The position numbers and the translations under genes are program-made. The notes beneath the pieces were generated by a model. It was given only the letters and a program-made list of their open reading frames with translations, ran no database searches and was not told the DNA's origin. A stretch of 64,000 nt of DNA from an uncultured Thermoplasmata archaeon (lineage in GTDB: Archaea > Thermoplasmatota > Thermoplasmata > UBA10834): positions 288,001 to 352,000 of the forward strand of contig CAVRDX010000004.1 in assembly GCA_963719945.1 (NCBI GenBank), in the 5' to 3' direction. The stretch's first letter is position 1; each line of letters starts with the position of its first letter. This document shows, one piece after another, positions 38,016 through 49,462 of the stretch.

Positions 38016-40051
38016 TCAATATGTGACAAGCCCCATCTTCTTGAGATCGCTCATGAACCTCAAAGCATGTTCATGTGCGGTCGGTCCGAATTCTGCTGAG
38101 ACGACATCCATTATCTCTTGGAGATTCCTCTTTCCGTCGATGAGATTCACCATGTCGTAGGCTTTTCTCGAGAAATCGCGATCACTGCTCTTCGACCTCA
38201 TGGTACCATTGATAATCGTCCCCGAGTTCTTCGGCCATGTAATCCGAATCGACCGTACCCTTGAACAATCTCCTTGGAACGATGCCTCTGACTTCGATCT
38301 CGATCTCAGTCTCTTTCAATCTCTTCGGTATCATCACATTCTTGTCAGCCGTGATGGTATCGATGATGTGTTCGAACCTCAAGCTCTCTCGCGCACCATG
38401 TGTTTCGATATCGTTCACCTGCTCGGCGACAAAATCGCGCAAGGATTCAGAATCGTGTAATCTGCAGACAGATCTTATCGCACCTGCTTCCCGGGATGTG
38501 ATCTGTCGGATGCACATCCGGTGATGTCTGATGAGCTTCGCCAGCTCCTCTCCTGTCTTCTTGGACTGCTTCGGAGAATCGATCTTGGCGAACAGTTCCT
38601 CTGATGCATGCCGCACACGATCCGTCACCCTCTTCATACCTTCAGCACAGGTGTTTGCAGCCAACTCTATCGCTGTGCGCTCGTCCGCATTGGCTACCGT
38701 GAGAATGGCTGTCGCAGCAGCAAACCCAGCTCTCCTTAGGCTATCCTCGCTGACCTTATCCATCGTATCCATGCTGGTATGGTAGAACTTGTCCGGCCAT
38801 TGTGTGAGGCTTGCACACGGGACACCGGTCGTCGATTCGCAGAATTCGGAATGGTCGCTTCCTCCAGTATAGGGCGTTCGCGCATATCTGAAATTGCTGA
38901 TCATTCCGAGCTTGACTCTGTCATCGTACGCTTCGTTCGCCTTCTCTATCGCAGAGAAGACGAGATCGTTCAGATACGAAGGTATCGAATCTGGTGTGCA
39001 ATCAAGGCAGAGAGTGGACCCGCATAACTCCTGATTCTCACCCACCATGTCCAAGTTGATTGCCGCCAACAGTCTTTCTCTCATCTCAGGGTGCGTCGAT
39101 AGTAGCGCCACTGAGCCGACCGTCTCGGGCAACCACAGGAATCTGATGGTCCTTTTTGGTCGTTTCATCTTTCCTGATTTGATGAGTGCCATTAGAGGTA
39201 CGTGCGATTTCCATTAGCAATCCGCAACCTGATGCGTTATCGTTCGCCCCAGGTTTCGGATGACATAGATGTGCGACCAAGAGTATCTCTTCGTCAGGCT
39301 TCTCGGACCCCTTTATCGATGCAGAGAGGACCTCGTATTTTCCGAGCATCAGTTTCGCATCCACTTCCGCATGCAGTTTCACTGGCTTACCTGATTGGAG
39401 AATCTTGCGCAGCTCGTTCCCCTGGCGTTTGCTGATCGAGAATCCGAATCTTATCTTGTTCTTGTTACCTGCATTTGGCCATATGCCTTGATACGAATGC
39501 GCGTCAGGGATGTCTACATTCTCTCTGAATTTGGAGAACTCATAGGATAGGCTGTCAGTGATCACACCGGCAGCTCCTCTCTTAACCACGGCGTGCTCGT
39601 GCACCAGTTTCGCTCGGCCAGTCGCAAGGACGATCTTTCCCTTCACCTGCTTTCCCTTGTAGTCCTTGTCTGAGGTGCCCATTCCAACATCTATCAATCT
39701 CGCGGTGACACCGCCTTCTGGGGTTTTGTTGCTGTATGTGTGGAGTGATTGTGGGATGTCCCGGAACCTGGCAATTATTCTCTCCTCAGGTTCCAGCAGC
39801 CTGAGTTCCGCATCGTTCACTGACCATCCCAAAGTCGTCACATGTGTCCAATATCTGTGCTTACCATCAGCGACGAATCGCTCGACAAAGATATCTTCTA
39901 GGCCGATCCTGGAGAGTTCATCCTTCACATACTCAACAGCATCATGATACATCACGGATGCCTGAATCCTATGAAATTTAGTCAATCTCTCGACGAAGGC
40001 TTTTGCGCTCACGCCTGACAGCTCCGCCTTCAGAATCCTATCTGTTTTCAT
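38016..40051 (-). CDS. M28-family aminopeptidase with PA domain (DUF4910-like); two apparent frameshifts (~39197, ~38202)
   Basis: AHLCHPKPGANDNASG, then WLPETVG, INLDMVG, GGSDH, FYHTSMD, then a wHTH-like tail NLIDGKRNLQEI, in three successive frames. Confidence 0.87.
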
Positions 40052-40185
40052 AGTCAGCCCAGATTGTGCAGAACACTCTTCCCCATATGAATATTTTGTA
40101 CCAGAACCATCTCCGTGGGTGTGTCGAGACAAATGCTCATCGCCAAGATACTCTTTATCTGGAATCTGAATGATACGGTCTGTCG

Positions 40186-41349
40186 ATGTCCCGCAAGATA
40201 TTGGCAGTCGTTATGATCTTCATCATATTCTTCGCAATGTTGATTGTTATCGCTCTGATGCAACCTTCTGGGAATAATGCGCAGACCACTCTGACCAGGG
40301 AAGAAACCATTCCTGAAGATGCAGTGAAAGGTACTCCCGTCAATGATCTCTACCCACCGATATTGAATTCCGATGAGTGGGAGACGCCCGTCCCCATGGA
40401 AGGACCGATCAACACAGCAGGTGCAGAGGATTCTCCTTTCATCACTCCTGACGGCGGAAGGTTCTTCTTCTTTTTCACACCAGATGTATCCGTACCTGTC
40501 GAGGAACAGCTCATGGATGGTGTGACAGGCATATGGTGGTCTCAGCTCTCAGGTGGCATTTGGACCGAACCCGTGAGGATATTGCTGAACGACGACGTGG
40601 CTCTGGATGGTTGTGCCTTTGTTCAGGGCAATGTCCTTTGGTTCGCATCCGTCCGTGTCGGGAACATCGGCGAGATCGATATCTACACTGCTAGTTACGT
40701 GAACGGTATATGGACTGATATTGAGAATGCCGGGACTGTGCTGAACGACGACCTCGATATCGGGGAGTTCCATATCACCGCAGATGGCAGTACGATCTAT
40801 TATGGTGGACCGGGAGAGACGGGCAGCGATCTTGACATTTGGTGCGCGCACAGATCCGGTGATAGTTGGGTCTCTCCCGCGAGAGTGCCCAACGTCAACA
40901 GCGACGGCAACGAGAATATGCCGTTCATTTCTGCCGATGGTGAAGAACTATGGTTCACAAGCGACAGCCACGAGTATCCAGGTCCCGCAGTGTTCCGTTC
41001 TCTGTGGAACGGGTCAGGATGGGATGCGCCTGAAGAGATCGTCACAAGATTTGCCGGTGAGCCGACCCTGGACGAAGACGGCAACCTCTACTTCATCCAT
41101 CACTATTTCGACTCTGATATGAACATGATCGAAGCTGACGTGTACGTAGCATACAAGAAGCAATCCGTGAGTGCGTTCGATCTCTACGATGTTTGTTCAG
41201 AGGATTGCGAGGATTCGGATGCATGCTACATCTGTGACTGCACATGCTGTGAGGAATCGTTCGATTCATTCTTGGTATGTGCAGTCTGGTCGATCAACGA
41301 TGCTTTCGAAGGGAGGACTGTTGATGAATTGTCCGAAGTGTGGGACTAA
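40186..41349 (+). CDS. Membrane-anchored PD40/TolB-like beta-propeller protein with a Cys/Asp-rich tail
   Basis: INTAGAEDSPFITPDG, VNSDGNENMPFISADG repeats; N-terminal TM. Confidence 0.85.
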   Translation: MSRKILAVVMIFIIFFAMLIVIALMQPSGNNAQTTLTREETIPEDAVKGTPVNDLYPPILNSDEWETPVPMEGPINTAGAEDSPFITPDGGRFFFFFTPDVSVPVEEQLMDGVTGIWWSQLSGGIWTEPVRILLNDDVALDGCAFVQGNVLWFASVRVGNIGEIDIYTASYVNGIWTDIENAGTVLNDDLDIGEFHITADGSTIYYGGPGETGSDLDIWCAHRSGDSWVSPARVPNVNSDGNENMPFISADGEELWFTSDSHEYPGPAVFRSLWNGSGWDAPEEIVTRFAGEPTLDEDGNLYFIHHYFDSDMNMIEADVYVAYKKQSVSAFDLYDVCSEDCEDSDACYICDCTCCEESFDSFLVCAVWSINDAFEGRTVDELSEVWD

Positions 41350-41533
41350 GATGGAGCATGGATATCTCGCAGCCGGCAGCACTTCTTCAGGGGCCATGAC
41401 CCGGTTGGAATGGTTCGATCGCAAGCCGACGGTCCCCTTGGTGGGGTCAGTCCCACTGACAAGGTATGCCTCGATTGGCAATGCAGAAGGGTACAGGTGC
41501 GCGGGTTGTAGGATGGTCTTGGCATCTTATTGA
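41324..41533 (+). CDS. Small zinc-ribbon protein (DUF6487-like)
   Basis: MNCPKCGTKMEHGYL...YRCAGCR; GGGAGG RBS. Confidence 0.75.
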   Translation: MNCPKCGTKMEHGYLAAGSTSSGAMTRLEWFDRKPTVPLVGSVPLTRYASIGNAEGYRCAGCRMVLASY

Positions 41534-41544
41534 TGGAGAACGGA

Positions 41545-42189
41545 TTATTCCTCATCGTCATCCTCAGGCGCTGGTCTCGTCCTCCTCCTGGAGATGATCA
41601 GCATCAATATGATGGACGCAGCGCTGATCAGGACGATCGCAATCGCGATGACTGTTGATAGATAGAACACGCTCTCTATGTCGATGTGGATTGACTGAAG
41701 CAATGGATCGAGCACGCTCTCTCCTATCGTGAGATGCGCACCCATGGAACCGGCTACCGAGATGGCGGCGTATGATGCAAACGTAATCATTACGAAAAGA
41801 CTCGACATGAGCGGGCTATTGTAAACGGCGATTCCGAACTTCGACCTGGTCACTACAACGATGCACCAGAGCACAGTCCCGAGCACTGTCAACATGATCT
41901 TATTCTGGACCAGTGGGGAATCGAGCAATGCATCGACTGGCCATGCTAACATGCCGGTTATTGCTGATAGAATGAGGCCGACGACTCCTGCGATGGATGC
42001 GACATACCCCGCAGCATCGGTATAGACGATCATCTTATCGAATCGTTCCGACCGATCGCTGGAGCATCTGACCCCTCGCCTCTTGATCATTGATGCAGCT
42101 GCTGTGACCAAGATGCAGGCGAATGCTAGGGTGAGGAATCCTGCATGGAGCTCTGCCGTCAGTGAATGGAGCGCGCTCATGCTCACCAA
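41545..42189 (-). CDS. Polytopic membrane protein with intramembrane His residues (DUF2231/cytochrome-b-like)
   Basis: About five TMs; LHSLTAELHAG, SAITGMLAW, GSMGAHLT. Confidence 0.7.
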   Translation of the reverse strand: MVSMSALHSLTAELHAGFLTLAFACILVTAAASMIKRRGVRCSSDRSERFDKMIVYTDAAGYVASIAGVVGLILSAITGMLAWPVDALLDSPLVQNKIMLTVLGTVLWCIVVVTRSKFGIAVYNSPLMSSLFVMITFASYAAISVAGSMGAHLTIGESVLDPLLQSIHIDIESVFYLSTVIAIAIVLISAASIILMLIISRRRTRPAPEDDDEE

Positions 42190-43119
42190 CTAATCATCTC
42201 CTTCGTCCGTTTTTCCATGCATTATGCCCATCATCGCTATTGTCGCGACACAAAGGGCGATCGCCGCAGCAGAGATTGCGATGATCGTCAGAACCCACGA
42301 TGTCATCTCCTTGTCGTTGTCGAATATCACCTGGATATCAGTCCAGCCTACTCGGCCAGCAATATCAATGGCGGTTATGTTGAGTTCATGAGAGCCATCC
42401 GAGTAGAGGGTCGTATCGATGCTCCATTCAAATGGTTCATCCGATAGATTACTCACCATCACGCCATCGATTCTGAGGATAACATACTCGACATCATCGT
42501 AGCTCTGTATCGTAGCAGCCAATTCGTCTATGCCTTCCGCAGTCTGTCCACTTAGGTGCGATGTAATGGATATGTGCGGGGCCAATGTGCTTGGATCGCG
42601 ACTGTTCTCGAGCACTGTGAAAGTCAAGCCTTGGGCATAATCTGTCACATAGCTCCCGCCGTCCCCATGCATCTCTCTTGCATAGAGGGATACGGTGCAG
42701 TTGGCAACAGGGGCCATGAGGGTCCAGGTCATTGAGACGGATCCTGCATATGATGCCACTTGATAGTAGTTATAGCTCGTAATCCCGCCAGGATCTTTGA
42801 TTATTGTCCAGCCTTGACTTGCAAGGCTGCTGTTCTCGCCTCCAAGCGCGGAGAGTATCATGACACCTAGTGGCGTACCATCCGCTTCCGCTCCAGTCAC
42901 GTTGACCGTGACGTTGATCAAGTCGTGAGGCTCAATCAATCGAAGCGGAGTCCACATGGTGATCGTCGCGGAACTCTCATCATCGTGACACGACCCACCG
43001 CAACCGTAATCATAACTTCCTGGAAGTGGCCCTCCAGGATAGGCGACCATCGTAGGCGCCAAGAAAACGAACGCAGATGATATCGCGAGAATGATGATCA
43101 CAACGCTCCTGATTCTCAA
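42190..43119 (-). CDS. Surface protein with CxxxCH motif, Reeler-like and Ig-like domains and C-terminal TM
   Basis: Signal peptide, GCGGSCH at 43002-42985, Ig-like PFEWSIDTTLYSDGSHELNITAID; TTG start after GGGAGG. Confidence 0.8.
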   Translation of the reverse strand: MRIRSVVIIILAISSAFVFLAPTMVAYPGGPLPGSYDYGCGGSCHDDESSATITMWTPLRLIEPHDLINVTVNVTGAEADGTPLGVMILSALGGENSSLASQGWTIIKDPGGITSYNYYQVASYAGSVSMTWTLMAPVANCTVSLYAREMHGDGGSYVTDYAQGLTFTVLENSRDPSTLAPHISITSHLSGQTAEGIDELAATIQSYDDVEYVILRIDGVMVSNLSDEPFEWSIDTTLYSDGSHELNITAIDIAGRVGWTDIQVIFDNDKEMTSWVLTIIAISAAAIALCVATIAMMGIMHGKTDEGDD

Positions 43120-43292
43120 ATCGGCCCTCCCATGCTGTTCGCGAGACTGGCATCTAATCGTTTGGATATGTTGAGCCACATGGTTGATTCGGAATAAAAA
43201 GCCCTGCTATTCCATGAAAACGCACTTCGAGCAATCCATGCGATGGTTTGATTTCCAACGATGTCAATCATCGCCCGAAGAGCTAGGGCCGT

Positions 43293-45327
43293 ATGGATCT
43301 AGGAAATCTGCTATTGGTCATCGCCGCCACCGCGCTGATATCCGGAATATTCACGCGCATCGTTCAATCGAGATTTGGTGGGATCCTGCCAGGCCGCGTA
43401 TCGACTTCATTGCTCCTGGTGTCTGTGTTCGCGATCTCATTGTCGTTGTTCTACACGTGTTTTCCTCTTCGCATCTTCCGACATGAGCTACGATTATGTG
43501 TGGTCAAAATCTTCTACAGATACCTCCCTTCCTTACAGGATATCCGCAGTTTGGTCCGGTGGGGAGGGTGCTGTGCTGCTATGGACCTGGTTCATGTCCC
43601 TGGTTGTTCTGGCCGGCATATGTTATGATCGACGAGCTAATCTCAACGCGTCCTACAGGTCTTTCTTCATCATCGTATCTGCATCGATAGTCCTTTTATT
43701 CGCTCTGATCCTCATAGGTATGGACCTTTTTGCAGCGACGGATTCGGCGGCACTCGCGTCGTGTCCGGACGGTTGCGGTCTCAAGCCTGTTCTCGCAACT
43801 CCGGAGATGGCATTGCATCCGCCAGTGATATTCGCTAGCTATGCGTCGTGTCTCGGACTGTTCGCGGCATCGATTTCCTTCTTCTGGGCGAGGGAGTCCG
43901 ATTGGAGTTCAATCTCGCTGTCATGGGGACGTGTGACTTGGATCCTGCTGACCCTCGGCATAGGCATAGGGTCAGTATGGGCGTATTACGTTATCGGCTG
44001 GGGTGGATATTGGTACTGGGACCCGGTCGAGACCGTCTCTTTGATTCCGTTCTTGCTCGTGAGTGCGTTCCTGCATACGCTCCGGAGGAATCGTGAAAAA
44101 AGGGAATACATGATGTCCGCGCCTCTCCTAGGTGCCCTGTCCTTCTGTTCGATAATATTCGCCACATTCGTTACGCGCACTGGAGGAATATGGGGGTCCT
44201 CCATTCACACATATGGTTCGTCATCTGATCTCCCCCTGGGATCTCGTTTGCTCGACGCGATCGGGAACGATCCAACCGTTATGGGCATATTCTCTTTGTT
44301 GGTCGTATCGATCTCTCTCACCGTCGTGTCTGCTGTGTTCGCATACAGATACACGGGAGCATCGACCAACCACGGCCATGCCAATCGATTGAGCGACCTC
44401 ATCAACGACAGGAACTCCATCATGGCATCAGTGATATTGCTCGTCACGATCGCCATCATGCTGGTCGCCTTTCTAGTCAAGAACGCCGATGCGTCCGCGA
44501 GCGATAATTATGCGGAACTCAATCAGAAGATGTCAGTATTCTTCTGCCTCCTCATGTTGACCCTAGCAGTGTCGTCTGTGTGGCGAGTCATCGGAAGGAG
44601 AAACGCCTTGTTGTTGTCCGTCGGAGCGTCATCGTTTTCAGTCATATTGGCAGCCTACTCCTATGTGACCGGCTCGTTCGACACGCTCCTCGCATTCACC
44701 GTTCCGATCTACGCGCTGGCAATCGGATCGATCATCGTCAAAGTGTCTAATATGAAATATCGTGGTCGGCTGAAGCCCCATCTATACAAACTGGGGCCCG
44801 AATTGGTTCACTTCGGCATTGCACTCATACTACTGAGTTCGATCGCATCCTCTCAGCTGGCTTCCCGACCCATTCAGGGCGAATGGACAAGCATAGACTT
44901 GGGTGGAGAGTTGGCGGCCGGCGGATACACGATCAGATTGCTGTCGCTTGAGCTGGTCGAGGACGAATACGTCGAATCTGGGTGGACGGTCACTGCGGAG
45001 GCTAGGGCGACCTTGGGCATAATGCGATCAGACGGCAGCGTTGGTGCGGTCGTTGTATTGAGGGATCTGTACGGTATCGCGGAAGGCTCAGGTATGGTGT
45101 CCAAGTTGGACAGCGATGTCTACGTCCATAGCTCGATTGTGTCCGACCTTTGCCTCGGTTTCGAATGGTCTACGGAGATGACGGCCATCGTCTACATGAA
45201 AGTGGTCCCTATGATGAGTGGTCTTTGGGTTGGGTTGGTCATCGCCGTGTCAGGCGCCACTATCCGTATGATGACGTGGTCTTCCACATCGACATCTAGG
45301 CAAGTGACGACCGTGCAAGAGGATTAG
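43293..45327 (+). CDS. ccmF: Cytochrome c biogenesis heme lyase CcmF (apparent frameshift at 43460-43463)
   Basis: WSGGEGAVLLW, ALHPP, WWD motif WAYYVIGWGGYWYWDPVE, FLHT, TRTGG..SIHTY. Confidence 0.92.
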
Positions 45328-45448
45328 ACCCCAGCCAAGTCCGGAATGCCGTTCAAGAATCATGCTCTGCAACAATCGTTGATAGAAATGAAATGCGGAA
45401 CCCTGGTGATTCCAGGGTTCCTGGATTTTGATGGGTTTATCTTTTCGC

Positions 45449-46792
45449 CTATTCTGCTCTGTTCTTGTTGACGATCTTGATGCACTCTTCGAGTATCTCA
45501 AGACCCTTGTTGAGCAGTTCCTCGGGCACGTTCAGAGGAGGTATGTATCTCACGACGGACTTTCCGCACGGGAGCAGCATCAGACCCTTCTTGAACGCCA
45601 GCTCGGTGATCTTGTCCCTGCTCGCAGCTGCGTGCTTCTTCGTCTTCCTGTCCTGGACGAACTCATGAGCGAGCATCATACCGATACCTCTCGTGTCACC
45701 GATGATCTCGTACTTCTCCTGCATCTCGACGAGCCTCTTCTTCGTTTCCTTACCCAGCTTGGCTGCGCGGTCCAGGAGTTTCTCCTCCTCGATCACTTTG
45801 AGTGCCGCCAGACCTGCTGCGTGTGACAACGATGCTCCTCCGAATGTGTTGGAGTGCCTTCCGTACCTGTCGAAGTTCAACTTTGCGTCGACGATCGTCG
45901 CACCGAGTGGGAGACCGCCTCCGAGGGACTTCGCGCTGCAGATGATGTCGGGCGCGACATCGAAGTGTTCAGCCGCCCACATCTTGCCGGTCCTTCCTAT
46001 TCCGGATTGGACCTCATCGTCGATGAACAGACACTTGTGCTTCCTTGTCAGCTTGAAGACACCCTGCACGAACTCCTTTGGCGGGACGACATATCCGCCC
46101 TCACCCTGGATGACCTCCATGCTGATCGCGGCGAGGTCGTTCGGCGGGATCTGGTTCTCGAAGTACACATCCTCGATTGCGCTGACGCAGCGCATGTTGC
46201 AGCTCGGGTACTCGAGGTTGTACAGACATCTGTAGCAGTATGCGTACGGGACATGGTATACGCCGGGCATGAGTGTCGCGGTGTATCCCTCTCTCTGGAC
46301 CCACTTGCTAGCGGTCATTGACATCGCGCCGGTCGTCCTGCCGTGGAACGCGCCCATGAAATCCATGAGTACCTGCTTGCCAGTCGCGCGCTTCGCGATC
46401 TTGATCGCGGACTCGAACGACTCGGCGCCAGTGTTGGAGAAGAAAACCATCTTCTTGTTCGCGCCAGGAGCGGTCTTGGCAAGCCTCTCAGCCATCTCGT
46501 TCTGCAGTTTGCAGTAGAAGTCAGTACCCGCGACATGCGTGTACTTGTCGACCTGGTCCTTGATTGCCTGGACGACCTTCGGATGCCTCGCACCGACGTT
46601 CAGAACGCCGACGCCTGCATAGAAATCGATGTACTTGTTGCCATCAATGTCCTCTATGACGGTTCCCTCAGCCTTCTTGAATACCAGCGGCCAGGACTTC
46701 GTGGCCTTCACGATCCACTCGTCATCCTTGGCGACTGCCTTCTTTGCCTCCGGTCCCGGGGGCTCTACTTTGATATCAGGTACTTTCTCCAT
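45449..46792 (-). CDS. Class III PLP aminotransferase (4-aminobutyrate/acetylornithine type)
   Basis: AFHGRT, EVIQGEGG, DEVQSGIGRTG, SAKSLGGG, HSNTFGG. Confidence 0.95.
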   Translation of the reverse strand: MEKVPDIKVEPPGPEAKKAVAKDDEWIVKATKSWPLVFKKAEGTVIEDIDGNKYIDFYAGVGVLNVGARHPKVVQAIKDQVDKYTHVAGTDFYCKLQNEMAERLAKTAPGANKKMVFFSNTGAESFESAIKIAKRATGKQVLMDFMGAFHGRTTGAMSMTASKWVQREGYTATLMPGVYHVPYAYCYRCLYNLEYPSCNMRCVSAIEDVYFENQIPPNDLAAISMEVIQGEGGYVVPPKEFVQGVFKLTRKHKCLFIDDEVQSGIGRTGKMWAAEHFDVAPDIICSAKSLGGGLPLGATIVDAKLNFDRYGRHSNTFGGASLSHAAGLAALKVIEEEKLLDRAAKLGKETKKRLVEMQEKYEIIGDTRGIGMMLAHEFVQDRKTKKHAAASRDKITELAFKKGLMLLPCGKSVVRYIPPLNVPEELLNKGLEILEECIKIVNKNRAE

Positions 46793-47081
46793 GAGAAAAC
46801 TCTCCCTTGTTTTTCCGTAAGCACATGCCTGATAAATCGATTATGGTAATACACAACTATTCGGGGTGAAAAATATCCGATTTCGAACCCGGGAATACGA
46901 AAACCGGATGAATTCGAAGAATTTGGCCGAATATGATCGTTTTCGGGGTTTCTTCTTCACCGCCTCGCGCGTTCGTTCATATTCCTCAAATAGGCGTGAT
47001 GGTCTCCCATACCTAGCAGGGGACCCCAAACGTATATAAAGGGGTCACATTTTAGGGGATATCTCCGCAGAGGCTGTAGAT

Positions 47082-47258
47082 TTGAGGTTTACCAGATTCG
47101 AGAAGGCACGGATTATCGGCGCTAGAGCGCTCCAAATCAGCATGGGAGCACCCGTGTTGATGGACATCGGCGACGATAGTATCATAGACCCGATCGAGAT
47201 GGCTATCCGCGAATACGACATGAAAGTCATCCCAATGACTGTCAAGAGAGAAGACTGA
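47082..47258 (+). CDS. rpoK: DNA-directed RNA polymerase subunit K (Rpo6)
   Basis: Below the ORF-track cutoff; manual translation [24 protein letters not shown]...IPMTVKRED (58 aa, TTG start); TATATAAA upstream. Confidence 0.95.
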   Translation: MRFTRFEKARIIGARALQISMGAPVLMDIGDDSIIDPIEMAIREYDMKVIPMTVKRED

Positions 47259-47267
47259 GGTATCACG

Positions 47268-47909
47268 ATGGATGAGGTAGTAGCAGAGACAACGACGACG
47301 ATTGAACCGCAGGGACAGCAGCTGCTCATACCAGAGGAGGTCTACCTCACTTCCGGCGTTCATATCGGAACCCAGCAGAAGAGCGCCGACATGAAGGATT
47401 TCATCTTCAAGGTCAGGACCGATGGTCTGTACGTTCTGGATGTCAAGAAGACGGATGAGCGCATACGCGTCGCCTCGAACTTCCTTGCGAAGTACGATCC
47501 GTCGAAGATCCTGTTGGTATCTGCAAGGCAGTACGGACAGAAACCCGCCAAGGTGTTCGCCAAGATCGTCGGCACACACGTGGTTGCAGGCAGATTCGTC
47601 CCCGGCTCATTGACCAACCCGATACTTCCGAACTTCGTTGAGCCCGAAGTCATATTCGTCACCGACCCCGCGGCAGATGAGCAAGCCCTCAGGGAAGCGC
47701 TCAGCGTGGGCATACCGATCGTTGGCATCTGCGATGCCAATAACGAGACGAGGAACGTCGACCTGGTCATCCCATCGAACAACAAGGGTAGGAGGGCATT
47801 GGCGACGATCTATTGGCTCTTGGCAAGAGAGGTCCTGAAGGCCCGTGGAGTCGTCAAGAACGACGAGGACTTCAAGCCTACAGTAGAGGAATTCGAGGCG
47901 TCCCTCTAG
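47268..47909 (+). CDS. rps2: 30S ribosomal protein S2 (uS2)
   Basis: [30 protein letters not shown]. Confidence 0.97.
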   Translation: MDEVVAETTTTIEPQGQQLLIPEEVYLTSGVHIGTQQKSADMKDFIFKVRTDGLYVLDVKKTDERIRVASNFLAKYDPSKILLVSARQYGQKPAKVFAKIVGTHVVAGRFVPGSLTNPILPNFVEPEVIFVTDPAADEQALREALSVGIPIVGICDANNETRNVDLVIPSNNKGRRALATIYWLLAREVLKARGVVKNDEDFKPTVEEFEASL

Positions 47910-47984
47910 TGGGGCCCTCTATCATTCCCATCCATTTCTTGGGCAAACTATTACATTGTCTAGCCGATATTCTACCATCGGGGT

Positions 47985-48809
47985 TTGTTGGTGGTCAGAC
48001 ATCCAGCCGTTGCCGGACAGTTTTACGAAGGTGATGAGCTCTCGCTCATCAGGCAGATCGAATCATGCTATCTGGGCAATCTCGGACCTGGAAAGCTGCC
48101 TGAATTGAGGAACGGTCCCAGACGGATCAAGGGAGGAATAGCCCCCCATGCCGGATACATGTTCTCGGGTATGGTCGCGGCCCATCTCTATGGGCGGATC
48201 GCACAGGACGGTCTTCCGGAGACCTTCATCATATTGGGCCCCAATCACACGGGCAGGGGCACTGGCATGGCTATCACTGCGGAGGATTTCGAGACGCCTC
48301 TCGGCACCGTCAGCGTGGACAAGGAGCTTGCGAAGGCGATCAGGAAGGATCTGATAGATGTCGATCCAGAAGCCCATTATTTCGAACATTCGATCGAAGT
48401 GCAGCTGCCGTTCCTGCAGCATCTGTCGAGGGGCATCAAGATCGTCCCCATATGCATGGGTTTTCAGGACTACGATGCCTCGAAATCGGTCGGCGAGATA
48501 ATAAGAGACTCAGCGAAGGGGAAGGATATCATCGTCATAGCATCCACGGATTTCTCACATTATGTCACGAAGGGCACTGCTAAGGTGAAGGATTCGAAGG
48601 CTCTCGACGCCATCATGTCGATGGAGCCTAAGAAGCTGTACGAGGTCGTCAGAGACGAGAACATCTCGATGTGCGGCTACGGTCCTGTCATGGCGATGAT
48701 GATCGCATCAGGAGCCAACAAAGGGAAGGTCTTGAAGTATGCGACCTCTGGAGACGTCCGTCCGATGAGGGACGTGGTCGGCTACGCGTCCGCGGTCTTC
48801 GAAAAGTAA
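47985..48809 (+). CDS. MEMO1-family protein
   Basis: PAVAGQFY, PHAGYMFSG, GPNHTG, EHSIEVQLPFL, STDFSHY, SMCGYGP. Confidence 0.95.
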   Translation: MLVVRHPAVAGQFYEGDELSLIRQIESCYLGNLGPGKLPELRNGPRRIKGGIAPHAGYMFSGMVAAHLYGRIAQDGLPETFIILGPNHTGRGTGMAITAEDFETPLGTVSVDKELAKAIRKDLIDVDPEAHYFEHSIEVQLPFLQHLSRGIKIVPICMGFQDYDASKSVGEIIRDSAKGKDIIVIASTDFSHYVTKGTAKVKDSKALDAIMSMEPKKLYEVVRDENISMCGYGPVMAMMIASGANKGKVLKYATSGDVRPMRDVVGYASAVFEK

Positions 48810-48839
48810 CATTAGGCCGCATCGATATCAGAGGGTCCC

Positions 48840-49379
48840 ATGTTCAGACCGAAGATAACATCCGCTGCGATACTTCTGATGTTCGTGTTGACTTCGATCT
48901 GGCTCATACTTGTCATCGTCGCTCCTATGCTGGTCCCGAGCAATACGCTGACCAATCTGTCGGGACGGGTGGGATACCACGACAACGAGGCCCTCTTCTC
49001 GCAGCTCGACCCGATCCCGCATGCGATCTATTGGATCGGGGACGGAGAGTGTCACCAGCTGGCAGACAGAAGCTACTTCATAAACGGGAACCAGATGCCG
49101 TTCTGTGCGAGGGACCTCGGATTGTTCATCGGTCTCGCCTTAGGTTCGGGGGTCATGACCTTCTACAGATACAAGGTGCATCCAGCATTCGTCTTGATGG
49201 GTCTGGTTCCGCTTGCGTTGGACGGCGGCGTTCAATTGTTGACGGACTACGAATCCAACAACACGCTCAGGATGATAACCGGTTTCATCGCAGGCTTCGT
49301 CTTGGCGTTGCTCCTGGCGCACTTCATGTTCGCGTTGCAGGAAGATGCGCCTCGTGAATCGAGCAAACCTTCGCAGTGA
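48840..49379 (+). CDS. DUF2085-family membrane protein
   Basis: CHQLADRS, PFCARDLG, DGGVQ, SNNTLRMITG. Confidence 0.88.
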   Translation: MFRPKITSAAILLMFVLTSIWLILVIVAPMLVPSNTLTNLSGRVGYHDNEALFSQLDPIPHAIYWIGDGECHQLADRSYFINGNQMPFCARDLGLFIGLALGSGVMTFYRYKVHPAFVLMGLVPLALDGGVQLLTDYESNNTLRMITGFIAGFVLALLLAHFMFALQEDAPRESSKPSQ

Positions 49380-49462
49380 CGCGTGGAATTCCATGTGGAA
49401 ATATGATATAGTGTGGATCCGATGATGGCGCGGTCCAGCAGAGCCGACAATCGCCGGACCAT

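Noticed and set aside
8641-45327. Selenocysteine or pyrrolysine read-through, or true pseudogenes, at the interrupted genes
   Set aside because: Continuations are in a different frame rather than behind an in-frame stop, and both halves show no other decay.
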